Part shown: piece by piece, positions 40,901-54,800 of the stretch
How positions within the stretch are numbered: position 1 is the stretch's first letter
Layout of the letters: the number at the start of each line of letters is the position of its first letter
From: Octopus bimaculoides
Taxonomy: Eukaryota
NCBI RefSeq assembly: GCF_001194135.2
Contig: NC_068987.1
Coordinates: forward strand, 19,074,444 to 19,138,443
Direction: 5' to 3'
DNA length: 64,000 nt
Position numbers and translations under genes: made by a program
The notes under the pieces: generated by a model
Seen by the model: the letters and a program-made list of their open reading frames with translations, nothing else
Told to the model about the DNA's origin: nothing
Database searches by the model: none

Positions 40901-43417
40901 TTCAGTAGGTTTTGCTGGAAGTTGTCAATGTTTAACAAATTCACACCTGTAAGCAGATTTTGTCCAGAATGGGATTTTAAGTATATGTGGTGATTGACAA
41001 ACTGTATTCAAAACTTCTGTAGACTCCAAAGGGAAAGTTTAAACAAGCCAGACTTAAATTTTAAGGTCCGTTACTATATTTTAACTTTAGCCACCACTTA
41101 ATATATTTTTACTAATTGTTACAAGTGCTTATGTAGTTGCAAGCAGACATCCTCTAGGCCCTCCCATCCTTGACTCAGAGCATGGAGGATGTGTGTGTGT
41201 GTGAAAGAGAAAGAGAGAGACAGACAGACAAAGAACTGCACCAGCACTCGGTTTCCTTTTACAGCTATGTGGCTTGAATCAAACTGAAATGAAATGCCTT
41301 GCTCAAGAACAGAACACACTACCTTGTCATGAATAGAACTCAAGACCTTATTTATGGCTATGATCCCTAAGAAATAAACAATGCATCTTTTACTATATAG
41401 CTATTCAATTTCATCAGGAGATAAAAATACTTGAATGTGCATGGGGTGGGTAAGTGAATCAGCCTTACACACTTGCCTCATTCATATTTCCTTATAGAGT
41501 CAAATACAAAATGGAAACTTTGCTATTTTCTCCTCTCAGAATATCATCTCCCACCCCTGAAATATTGATACAATCACAGTATGCTACTTACCAACTTTAG
41601 ATACACTTATACATAGTTTAGCAACTTGTTATTGGTCATGTTGTCACAAGACCACTAAATTTCTTAAAACTGAATAGCAGTGAACTAAGTATGTGTTTGT
41701 GGACTCCCGTACTCTTTGAGTGCCTCTTACCTTTGTAATGAAACTACAAATATTTATATGCATAAATTGAGAAACTAATTACTAGAATCCATTCTGAACA
41801 ACCAAACCCTAAACTATGATTTGAGAATATATTAAGTGACACTATATCAAGACTTACAATAATGTAGTGTCTGTGTTACAAAATTACCTTAACTACAACC
41901 AACCAGTTTTATTAGTATCTATTTCAGTGGTTGTCTGTGAAGTAGAGAGTTCTTTAAACTGAGGACATCACTAATTTTTACAGTATTGGAGCCTGGTGTT
42001 GCCATCCAGTTTCACCAGTCCTCAGTCAAATCATCCAACCCATGCTAGCATGGAAAGCGGACGTTAAACGATGATGATGATGATGATGATGATGATGAAT
42101 GTAACAATATAATCATTATTCAAATAACTTTGCTAAATTTAATATGAAGAGTCTCAATGACTTTGTAACCTAATATCTGACAGTCAGCCCATTAACAAGT
42201 GTCATGGTGATTAGACCCTTGCATCTAGATTGGCAGAAAACATTTAAGATTAATAAACTGGTCAATGTGAGAAGCACAGCAGTTTCGGAACCTTAACTGA
42301 AGTCATTCAATATCCTAACAGAAAAAGTTCCTGATGGATGTATAACAGTTGCATCCTTTGTCCAACTCCCTCCATCTATCCCATCATTCCAGTTTATCCT
42401 AAAAAAATAAAAAATCTTACTATTGTTAACAGTCAGCTAAAGTGGGGCTTGAAATAAATGTTACTCAATTATTTCTAAGTTTTTGTTTGGTGAGAAGTTA
42501 AAAACTAAGCAAAAGGGAAGTTGTGACCCTCTTGCCTTTCTAAGTTTCATCAGCCAAGTAAAACCTGAAGCCAACTAAAACTCCAAGCAAATCTGGACAA
42601 CAAATTCCATTTGCAGTCGACTAATACACCCTTCACACTAATTAAACTCTTCAATTGTTAGAATGAACAGTCTATATATTCTAGGAAAAATCCATCTAAA
42701 ATATCTGTTCCCAAGACAGGCAGAACATAGGAAAGAACTGAAGCAACAGTATTTCATCTCAATCATTTGTTTTAAATAAAACCTCAAATTCCATTTGAAA
42801 TGAAGGATTAAAAGAATTTAATATTTTGTTAAAACTTAAAATCCAGAGCCATACATCACTATTTGAAAATGATACATACAAATAGAAGGTTTAGAGATAA
42901 TAATAATAATAATAATAATAATAGAACTTAAACCGTTCATGTGGGTGTTTGTGAGTGCAAAGTACAATTGTGACTGATTCCATTTTGCTATCTCATTTTT
43001 CAGATACAAACTATTATACAGAAAAACTAATACCATACAGCAAAATGTAAATGCTGCCAATGAATGTACAAAGGCCTAAACAAATTTAGGATATGACTTC
43101 CAAATGCCTTAGAGTTCAAAATGAAGAGAAGGGAAAGAAATACAAGAATGGAAGCAAAAAAAAAAAATATATATATATGTATGTATACACATACATGTAT
43201 ATATACATATGTATACACACAGATATATAAACACACACACACACACGCATGTATGTATGCACACTCACACAAGTAATACACCACAGTGCATGTGTGCACA
43301 TGCATATATAAAAACAATGAATGTTCTTGTTAAGTACAAAAATAGAAATTTCAATACCAAAATAAGACAGATCAAATGACCAATTATAAGCTGGATTACT
43401 TTTTTTAAAATATTTTC

Positions 43418-43456
<39 letters not shown>

Positions 43457-46030
43457 TGAAAAAAGAAAAAAGGAATAAGATTTTTTTTTTCCTTATTCTC
43501 TTTCCTCTACTAACCTCTGACTGCAATCTATATAATACAAAAGTTCCATTCATATAAATGATGGGAGGGAAAAAAATTAGTATTTTCTGTTGATTTTTTT
43601 TTTCTTTCTGCTTTTCTTTTCTTTTCTGGATGATAATAGCCTGCTACCAATAACAANNNNNNNNNNAAATAAAACAATAAAAAGAGAGAAAACATATAAG
43701 CCCCAATAATCACCGTATTTCATTTTACACTTGAACATCTTTTCCTCGCATTTTCTTGGAGGTAGTTAGAGTATATGGTGTAAGTGAAATAGGTGTGTTT
43801 GGGAGCATGTATAGTAACACGATAATGCTATCATATGGCTATCCACACCAGTGTTACCATGATATACTTTCAATTGTAAGGAGACAGTGAATGTCGATGA
43901 GTAGCTACAGTAAGTACTGCGCAAGCAGAAGCAACCAATTCAAGAAGTCTTGCTCAAACTTGTCTGTGACAACACTTCAGTCATATTAAGATCTGCTGAT
44001 GCAAGCAAACCCTTATAAATAATAATTGTTTCTAAATTAGGGTACAAGGCCTAAAACTTGGGGGAGGGTTTAGTCAATTACATTGACACTAGTATTTCAC
44101 TAGTACTTTATTCTATCAACCCTGAAAGGATGGAAGGCAGACTTAACCTGCCAGCTTCCCACCTTTCTAATAATAATAATAATAATAATAATAATGAATT
44201 GTTGCTTATGTATGAAGGTTCATTCTTCACCTTCATGTTTTTCTTGTAAGTACTAAACCTGTCAAAGTAATTCAAACTGGGATAATTCTAATGTAACAAT
44301 CTCTTACACGTGCACCATACATATATATATATATATACGTATGTACTGTAAAAGTGACCAACTTACAAATGTTCATCTCATCAATAACTATGGAACGGTT
44401 GCTGGGGATTTCAATTTGGAAGTGTTCTTAACTGTGATGGAGACTTTAGCATATTACAGGAGAGAGAGAAACGAGGGGAAGAGAGAGATGGGATAGGAGA
44501 GTGAGAGAGAAATGTAAGGAAGAAAGTGCAGAATCAAGAGGAAAGAGAGAGAGTAAAAGAAAGAGTTCCACAGTTCCTCTTACCTATCACAGACTAGGAA
44601 ATTGTTTATAAAAATGGAAGTGAGGGAGTTTTTTCTTTGTATATAAATTTTATTTGTTATTGTGTAAGGAGTTGGTGAGTTTAAGTTTTAACTGTTTTAG
44701 GAAAAATAAATATTCCTGGTTTATTTTTGTTTTTAAAGCATTATTAGAAAAAGAAGAAACAAGGATGGAAGTGCTCAAGAAGCACTCTATATTAAAAAAA
44801 AATAAAGTCAGGGAACTGACTATTTCTAATGTTCATGCCCTTCTCAAGACAGAAAAAAAAACCAAACAAAATGTTAGTAATAATAAATTAAAACAATGTA
44901 GTTGAGAGATTCAACTAATAATAGAAGAGTTTTGTTTTATACTATTTGTGAATGCCTTTTCTTATTGGAAAAATAGTTTTGTTATAAAAAGTTCTAAAAA
45001 ATAGAAACAAACAACTGGAAGCTTTCTTGAAGTTGAGTCAGCAGTAGTCCAGTGGCAAGAGAGAAAAAAAAAAGCAAGAGAGAGAGAGAACAAAAGAGAC
45101 TGTGTGTGTGTGTGTGTATGTGTGTGCATGTGTTTATATACATAAGTCATTTCAGTCATAAAGAAAAGTGTAAAAGTTTAGAGGGGGAAAAGAAAGTACA
45201 GTAGAAGGGAAAGAAGAAAAAAAAAAAAAAGAACAAAAGCAAAGTTTTAAATATCCTGAAAGACAGAAAAAGAAAACTGAAAAGACAAAAAGTGTAAACT
45301 GATGAAACCACCACCTCATTTGTTAACATCCCCTCCCCCCACATATAAACAAAATTGAATTTTTTTTCTTCAAAATTAAGATTGGAAGATGGTGGGGGGA
45401 ATCCTCGGCCAATAATGAGTTATTGTAATTGTACTACTAGTAAAAATAACAGTAATAATAAATATATGTATGTATATATGAAAAAGATAGTATATATATA
45501 TATATATACACACATCAGTATAATCAACACAAATGCACTTGCAGTGGGGAGGAAAGGTAAACTGCGACTTTATAATGCAGTTTACTGCATAATCCTGTAT
45601 AGATTTTGCATTAATGTCTGTATATATGTATTTTTTTTTACTGGTTTATGAGTTTGTATTTTTTTTGTACATTTTTTTTAGGTTGTTAGGTTATGGTAAT
45701 TTGTCTTTCCATATATGTATACATATGATATATATGTATATATTATATACACAGTAAAAAAAAAAAAAAAAAAAAAAGCAGAGCAGAAGACTCCCTTATC
45801 AAAATATAGCATGTTTTTTCTGTTTTTTTTTTGCTCTCATTTTTTTTTAGCTTTTCATTTAAAATATCTTTAGCGCCATTGCTGTTATCATAGTTGGAGG
45901 GGGGGAAAAAAAAGATGCCTGTAATCATTATCATCATCACTGTCGTGGTTTACCCTGAATACATTTGATAATCAACAGTAGTGTAAAGCTTTGCATGAGC
46001 CACCAGCAGGTTTTACACATGTGGTGCAAC

Positions 46031-46162
46031 TCAGTCTCCATGGGAACTCGATGGATGCGTTGACGACGATAACGAGTGTGACAAGTGGCTGGAAGCTGGA
46101 ATATCAATACCCTTCGTTGGCTTTGGTTCAGCTGATTGACTCTTAAATAAATCTGCATCAGG
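46031..46162 (-). CDS. LARP1: LARP1 last coding exon ([43 protein letters not shown])
   Basis: Acceptor tttctttacatttctag|. Open in phase 0 to TGA; low-complexity tail, so homology support is weak. Confidence 0.75.
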   Translation of the reverse strand, partial: PDADLFKSQSAEPKPTKGIDIPASSHLSHSLSSSTHPSSSHGD

Positions 46163-48829
46163 CTAGAAATGTAAAGAAAAAAATTTTTTATACACATATA
46201 TATATATACATATATATCTACACAAACACTCACACACATTGTTCCTAAAATCCACAATTTCTAAATTAGACACAAGAACTATATATAGCCACACACCCAC
46301 ATATATAAACACAAATTTAATAACGATAAAGTAATTTTAATAAATTCTTCATTTTCAGAATTTACTGAAGCAAAGGTAAGGTACTTCATGAAAAATATCC
46401 TAAGTAAAGGGTTAAACTGGACAATAGTGGGTTGCACTTACAACAAACCAGCAGAAATATATCATCATCGTCGTTTAACGTCCGCTTTCCATCCGAGCAT
46501 GGGTTGGATGATTTGACTGAGGACTGGTGAAACCAGATGGCTACACCAGGCTCCAATCTGATCTGGCAGAGTTTCTACAGCTGGATGCCCTTCCTAACGC
46601 CAACCACTCCGAGAGTGTAGTGGGTGCTTTTAGGTGCCACCGGCATGAAGGCCAGTCAGGTGGTACTGGCAATGGCCAGGCTCAAAATGGTGTATCTTAC
46701 GTGACACCCGCACAGGAGCCAGTTCGGAGGCACTGGCAACGATCTCGCTCGAATGTCTTTACTCATGCCATCCGGCACAAGTGCCAGGAAGGCGATGCAT
46801 ATAATTATATTATATGTGTTTATGTATGTATATATACACATATGTACATACATACATACAGGTGTTGAATCTAGAGTACACTGGCTCAAGAAAAACTGAA
46901 ACCTCTTCAGTTAATACAATCATACTAAATGAGTATGATAGTCTTCTATCAGCAGTTGTTGATAAATGTTGGTCTTCTTGTGTAATCTATTTTTCCACAC
47001 TATTGTGAATGTAATGGTATTTTGTTAACAACTGGATAGCTAGCTGCAAATCTCGTGAAAGGAAAGAACAGTTGATGGAATCAACACCAGTACTTGGTGA
47101 ATTGACCACAGAACGATGAAAGTTGACTTTTATCAAATCTGAATAAATATGAGGATGCAACTAAATATACTGCATTTTTTCAGATGCTCTATCAATTCTG
47201 TCATCCACTGCCTTAAGATTGAGGAGGGAGAGATAATACCAATAAGGGATAGCGATGTTTAGTAATGCCACGGACATGAAAATCTAGTTCTGGTGCCATG
47301 GTAAACTGTACCTTAGTACAGGGTAAAGTGGTTGGCAACAGGAAGAGTACCCAGTTATTGGAACCACACCAAAAATGTAACATATGAATGATATTTGGCA
47401 TACATGTCTAAAAGTGCAGGAACTCAAAGAACCATCACGTCCACAATGATCTTCCCAATCTCTACCAGCAAGGAAAAATGAATATAAAATGATAATGATC
47501 AAAAAAAGGAATTGAAAGAAACAAACCTCTTTCCGGAAATCTTCTAAGCGTTTGTATTTTGATAACCACTGTTTTAATTTGGAATCCACATCCACGTTTC
47601 TTCGAGAATATTTTAAGAATGCCCAAAATTTCTCCAAACCATACAGCTGACCTGATTTAAAAAGATAACTCAGGATGATTACAGTATAAAAAGGGAATAG
47701 GCTTTTGAAAATTTAAGTGGGAGAGAAACTATGATGAAAAAAATGTGACTAGAAACAGAAGTCATCTAAGTAAATGCCACAAAACCTCCCCAAAACTATA
47801 TAAGATAATTTATGAAAAACAATCAATATTAATGCAAGTAATCTCCATAAACACTTTCAACTTCACTAGAATGAAGGAAAACTCAGAATAATGAAATTAA
47901 GATATAAAAAAATCCACTAACAAGCATAATACTGAGTTTGCAGAATATGACATACAATATTTTAAAAATAAACCATGTTAACTCATAAATTGAGCCTTTG
48001 CTGAGAAAACTATCTAAATTACAATAATTTACCTAATTAAAAATATCTAACTTAACACCTATTATTTCAAAAATAAAAAAGTAGAGGATAACTTGCTAAT
48101 TCTTCCAAGGACATTTCTAGTATTTAATTATATTACAGCTAACGCTTTAAATGTGTAAACAGTTTAAACTTAAAAATCTTTATCATCTTCCTGTCAGCAA
48201 AGTGACAGGTATTAGAACAAGTATTACAGAATCAGAAGCAGTCTCAACTAAGCTGATGTCAATGAAGCTAACTTCACTGAATTTTTAGCAGCAGAGATGG
48301 TAAAGGAAATACATAGAAGCAAAAATATATGCCACAAGTCAACAGAAAGTAAATGACCAATAATCTTTAGATTGGGAGAGTAATCATTTTAAATGGGGAT
48401 GAAATGGAACCAACTTCAGAGAAGAAATTGTTAATATGTAAAGATGCACGTGCACACACACAACTTACCATTTTCATAATCTCTAATAGTTTCTTCTTGA
48501 AAATCTTGATATATTTCACTTCGAAATCGTTTTTCCAAACCATAACTGTAGAAGCGAAATAAGCATTCCAAACCATACCTGGAAAAAGTGGGGAAAAAAA
48601 AAATTTAATTGAGAAGGAAAAACATGCTAATATTTACTGTATTCCAACGACAAGCAACCCTTTATGCAGGAAATAGTGGAGTCCATTGCTCAAGTTCAAG
48701 GTTTCCTACTGCACTAACCTATGTGTCCTAGATTCTTTTCTATTTACTTACTAGTTGTTCCAGATGGCACAAGTAATATCCTTCATCTAAGTCTAATTAA
48801 AACCTATCTGTCTATATTTTGTGTGCATG

Positions 48830-48880
<51 letters not shown>

Positions 48881-51800
48881 AAAAATTAGGGTATGTGCTC
48901 TTGGCAAAACAACTTCTCTCCACATACCAACTAGCTTAGGATTAAAACATCATCTATATCAAGTGGAATTTGGCATGATGTCAACAAAACTGGCATGAGG
49001 TTCTGTGTAGTCACTACTCTACGGAGAGCTTAAATTCAACACAGTAAGTCATACCCATTCAAAACACCTTATTAGCCAACAAGAGAACAACTACATAGTC
49101 TACTACAAGTAGCAGCCATGTCTCCCTCAAAACATTACACTGCTGCTTAGAAAAATGGCAAAACATCTAATGTAATAATGCTTAGTGTTTTTATATATTT
49201 GTTTGAAATCCCGCAGTAGGAGGGAGTGAGAGAAAGAGTAGTGTAAGTGAAGGGAGAGGAGAGAAAATAGTAATTCAGTGAAGTAGTGAGAGTAATAGCC
49301 ATGACTGAGAGGGAATGAGAGGGGGGAAGTGGTAAAGAGAGCGTTGTGTCCACAAGTCATTGAGGAGGTGAAGTGAGAGTAATAGATGCGATACAAATAG
49401 TCTGGGAGTGTGTTGATATATATATATATATTGTATTGCCAGTGACCCTGAACTGGCTCATGTGCGGGCGACACATGAAATCTTTCGAGCGGGATCGTTG
49501 CCATTGCCCCTGGACTGGCTCATCTGCAGGCGACACATGAAATCTTTCGAGCGGGATCATTGCCAGTGCCCCTGGACTGGCTCATGTGCAGGCGACACAT
49601 GAAATCTTTTGAGCGAGATCGTTGCCAGTGCCCCTGAACTGGCTCTTGTGCGGGGCCGTCGTTGGATTTTCGAGTGAGATCGTTGCCGGTGCCCCTGGAC
49701 TGGCTCTTGTGCGGGTGACACATGAGGTTTTTCGAGCGAGATGAGCGTGGCCTTTGCCAGTACCGCCTGACTGGCCTTCGTGCGGGTGACACGTAAAAGC
49801 ACCCACTACACTCTGAGTGGTTGGCGTTAGGAAGGGCATCCAGCTGTAGAAACTGCCAAATCAGATTGGAGCCTGGTGTAGCCATCTGGTTTCACCAGTC
49901 CTCAGTCAAATCGTCCAACCCATGCTAGCAATAGAAAGCGGATGTTAAACGACGACAACAACAATATATAACAAAATTAATCAAATATGTATTCATGTTC
50001 CAACATAAAACCTTGGGAAAGGTTTTTCTTGAAGTAAATATTAACAAGATTATCATTGAAAAGGGAAGTTAGTCAGAAACTGTTGATACTATCATGTCTG
50101 GCACATTATATATACCTGCAGAGGCTTCCCTGTAAAACAGGGTTAGAGGACACTCAGAAGTATCATTTCACAGGTGAAATGTTTTGACTACAATTTATGA
50201 AGATCATTTAGTCATAAATTTGACTTACCGATATCCAGCTTTAGCATCTTCACAGGCCAACGTCTTAAATTCAATGTACATCTTTTTGTTGTAGTGTTCT
50301 CGAAGGAAGAATGACCAAAAGCGGAATAATGTGTTCATTTCTTGAGAAAGACCAATTCCTTGCTTTTTCCTCTCTAAAAACAGAATATAAAGGCTTAGGA
50401 CCGAAACACCAAGGGAAAAGAATATAGGTATGACACCACTCTTAGATCGAATATCTTGTTCTGAAGTGACCTAATTAAAACAGTCTATCAAAACTATGTT
50501 TATTAATATTTCAAACACCAGCTTAATAATGACTAATTTATTTTACTAAATTCCTCCCTATTTAAAAAATTAACTGAAAGAAAGCAGTGGATTTCTAAAG
50601 AAATTTGTTAAATGGGTTAAAATCTGTTTATTCCTTTTGATACCAATCTACCTCAGACCACCCCACGTCATGTGATATGAACTTTCTGAAAATAGTTTGA
50701 CCTAAAACCTATCAAAATTTCATGTCAATTCATATTCCAAACAACAGCTTAATAATGACAAAAGTTATTTTACTAAATTCATTATTTTAAAAACAAAAGA
50801 CTAACCTTTAAGACATTTGGCATGGTACTTATGATAAACTGTCCAGACAAAGTTTTTCTCTTTCAGCAGTTCATATGATGGATGTTGGAATAGCGGGAAT
50901 GTCTGGGGAGCACTTGTTGACAATGCACTATCACTAGGGCTGTGGGTAAAAAAAAAACAAAAAAACTTACATAAAATAAGCATACATGTTAATAATAGTG
51001 TAAAGAAAACTAAACCGCATCTAACTTTATGAAGTAGTAATATAGACAGCTGATAGGTGGTGCTATAATCTAAAATGAAGTGAGCATTTGTAATGAATTG
51101 AAATTAATTGCATTATATATATAAAAAAAGAACTTATTTATTATAAATGAATTTAAACGATTCCGTGTTTCCTAACTTGAAGATTTGTCACATATACAAC
51201 TATCATGCAATGTCAAGACAAAGAATCATGTGCATGCAAACACACACTGCACTTCTTTTAGCTTCTGCTGGGCAAAACCACCCATGAAGCTTTGTTCATC
51301 CTGAGGTTATAAAATAAAACTTGCCCATGATACCATGGAGTTGAGAATCAAACATCCTAACCACTTGACCCTGCCTACGCCAACAACGATTTCAGCTTTT
51401 GTGGCTTCTTAATATGAATATTTGTACATTCAGATAGAGTTATGTGTACTAGTCACACAGTACTCATTACACAGCTGTGCTCTTTACATAACCCTCTTTA
51501 ACAGCTGGTACCATAACAAACCCACCTGCGACCACCCATGGTAACAAAACTGTTAAAAAGCCTTCTAAATCAGTTAATGTCCTTTACATAGACAACCAAT
51601 GCGTTGTTTTCACTAAAAAAACCTGAGAAAATAAATCACATACAAGAGAAAATGTATTTTTACTGATGCTGGCCTTAGCACATAACCGGCAAAGCCAATC
51701 CCAGTAAAGCCTCAATATGCTAGAAACAGATATCCTTCCAATTACACCCAGCATCTGACAATCAGGATAGCATTAGAAGATGAATCCTTAGGTACGTTGT

Positions 51801-54800
51801 CAGAAGATACCACAGAATGGCCACAACTGGAATGACTTTGATTATAGGTTTGTTGAACTCAGACTGATCTGAGTCTAAAGAACAGTATTATTGACTCGAG
51901 AAGGATGAAAAAAAGTCTTATCCGAGTTGGATTTGCACGTAGTACACACAGATCTTTTACGAATAGGCTATGTTGGTTTACGAAGTGAATACACAGTTAC
52001 AAGCTAAAACCTGCTATAACCAAAACAGTTACAACTATAACCATCATATTATCTCAATTCCAGGATGAAGAGAGACACACACAGAGAAAGAAGTATGTGT
52101 GTGAGAGAGAAGAGAAAGAATATGCTAAGAAGAACAACAACCAACAAGCAGTATTACCTTTGAGAATATGAGCTGGAACTGTGTCTGGACCTTGGTCGAT
52201 GTTCTTTGGCATCCATTACCCAACCAACATGGCTTTCAATTGGCGGGTTATTACTATATTTGGTTTTTTGCTTTCTTGGAGTCTAAAAGAGAAAAAAAAA
52301 GTTTGGATGAAAATATTTTGATATCCTTTCACAACCAGAGTGTTTCACACACAAAGCTTTGGTCAACTCAAGGAAATTGTGAATAATATCAGGTCACCCC
52401 ATAAGTTCTGTCCGAATTTTGAATGAAGAAAACAAGTGATCAAATGTTATATTTTATTGAAATTTAATCATCAATGTACTTTCTCTGATTTTGCAGACCA
52501 TCTTCTGCAAGTTCTTTCATTCAAGCATTCTTTCCCATAAACTGAGTGTATGTTTCGAGTCGCTTCGGCTGCAGAGTTTCCTTTTTTGTACTCATAAAGC
52601 ATTATGTGCCTTAAATGCTCTTTGGATACTTCCATGTTAGAAAGGATTTTAATCAAAGAAATTTTAATTCTATTATTCTGTAAAATAATATTTAATTAGT
52701 TTAAATATACATAAAGGCATAAAAATAATTTTAAATTCCATTAGACATTCTAAAATACTATTCAATTTCATTCAATTTTAAAAAAGGTAAAATCGGACAG
52801 AACTTAAGGGATGACCTGATAATTATAACAGATTTGCTAAAAAGGTCACACAGTTGGATCAAACCCAGGGCCTTGTGATTACAAAACAAGCTTTCTTAAC
52901 CATTTAGTCATATCAAAAATCAGCAATATATCTGCACACTTTCAAGTCATACAACAATCAGTGTTGCAACAGATCAGGAACTTTAAAAAAAAAAAAAAAA
53001 AAAAAAGGAAATTTTCTATTCTCCCAAGTACATCACCAAACACTTTTCTAGATTTTTTCTCGAAAAACCTAACTTCAAAAACCAGTATATTTATATATAT
53101 ATATATATATTTTTTTAAGAAATCAGGATTCATGAGAAGGGTATCAGAACTCTTGCTAGTCAGCGAGGTTATAAATAACTGAGTGGCTACGTGGTAAGAA
53201 GCTTGCTTCCCAACCACATGGTTCCGGGTTCAGTCCCATTGTGTGGCACCTTGGGCAAATGTCTTCTACCATAGCCTCAGGCCAACCCAAAGCCTTGGTT
53301 GTGTGTGTGTGTGTCTCCTCTGCCATTGCTTGACAACCGATGCTGGTGTGATTATGGTCCTCTAACTTCGTGGTTTGGCAAAAGGCACTGATGGAATAAG
53401 TACTACGCTTACAAAGAATAAGTCCTGGAGTCGATTTCTTCGACTAACATTCTTTAAGGCAGTGCTCCAGCATGGTCGTAGTCAAATAACTGAATCAAGT
53501 AAAATAAAAGAATCCGAAGATCCACCAAGAAAATTCCTTGGAAAAGAGTAGCAATGGCGGTGTTTCCACCGCACAAGAAGATATTTTGGGAATTTTTACA
53601 TTGTTGCTCAGTAAAACAATGAACTGTACTCCAACTCCACCCTCAAATCAAACCAGCTTAAAACAAGTACCATTCGTCTCAGACCATAGCTGCAACATTG
53701 ACTAACACATCATCCAAACTAACAAGATGGATAAGGAACATCTATATTTTAGGATGGATGCTTTAAGAATGCTCTAATGCATATCACTATCTACTTCTAA
53801 AGCCAACAAGAAAACCTCTTTGTGGTTGTTTAACCTGCTAGAAATAGCAGCCAAGCCTATCTTAAACTATAAACTGTCTTTAAAAAAAAGAGGAAGACTT
53901 TAAAATACAGTACTTGATACCCTTAAAAAGGTAACAGCTGGAATACCTTCCATTACAGATTTATTTGAAGAAACTTGATCTGGGATACCTCTAAATCCTA
54001 GGCTTGTATAAAGCTTCAAATGATACTATTTACAAACTGGTGATATTACCTGGGGATCTGGAGGTCGACTGGAATCTTTCACCACAGGATAAAAGCGTGG
54101 TAACATGTCATTTCGTACATATTTTGGAGTTCGAGGACCTTCAAAGTATCCAGGTGTTTCTGGAACGTATGTCGGCAATGACCGTGATAATTCTGTCTGT
54201 GATGGTGTTTGTGGATGTCTCTCTGCAAAAACAATAATCAATAATGTTAAAACACAGCTTTACAAAGTTGGAAAATACAGGAAACTAAAACAAGTCACAC
54301 ATTAAACCTTTCACAAAGTTACATGAAATGAAAAACAGCCTCAAGAATTTGACTTTTTATCATTAAGCTGAGACTTGGAAGATACTCTATACATCATCAC
54401 TACCCTCTAACGCCCGTTTCCCATGCTGGAGAGATGCACCAGATTCTAGTCTGATTTGGCTTGGTTTCTATGGCCAGACGCCTTTCCTAATGTCAACTGC
54501 TTTACAGTGTGTGCTGGGTGCTTTTATGTGGCACTGGCACAAGAGTCTTGCAGGACAACCCTCTTCACCAGGGGGAGCAGCATTCACTGTTCTACAGTGA
54601 AAGATAAGTTATCTTGAGTATAGCAAGGCACTAGATATCTTGGTCCTTTGTCATCTCCATAAGGTTCAGTGCCCTGAAGTCATCCTTCAGTACTTCATCC
54701 CATGTCACCCTGGGTCTCCTTCCACAAGTTCCACCCACTGAATGATCGGCATTTCTTTATGGAGCTGTCTGCATCCATCTGGACAGCACATGACCAAACC

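Noticed and set aside
49437-49800. CRISPR-like look of the palindromic 62-bp array
   Set aside because: There are no unique spacers and no cas genes; the whole unit repeats, it sits inside a SINE, and the DNA is eukaryotic.
46527-49885. ORFs at 46527-46868, 49127-49885 and also 35535-35723 (motif [12 protein letters not shown])
   Set aside because: Translations of SINE and VNTR sequence, recurring at every copy.
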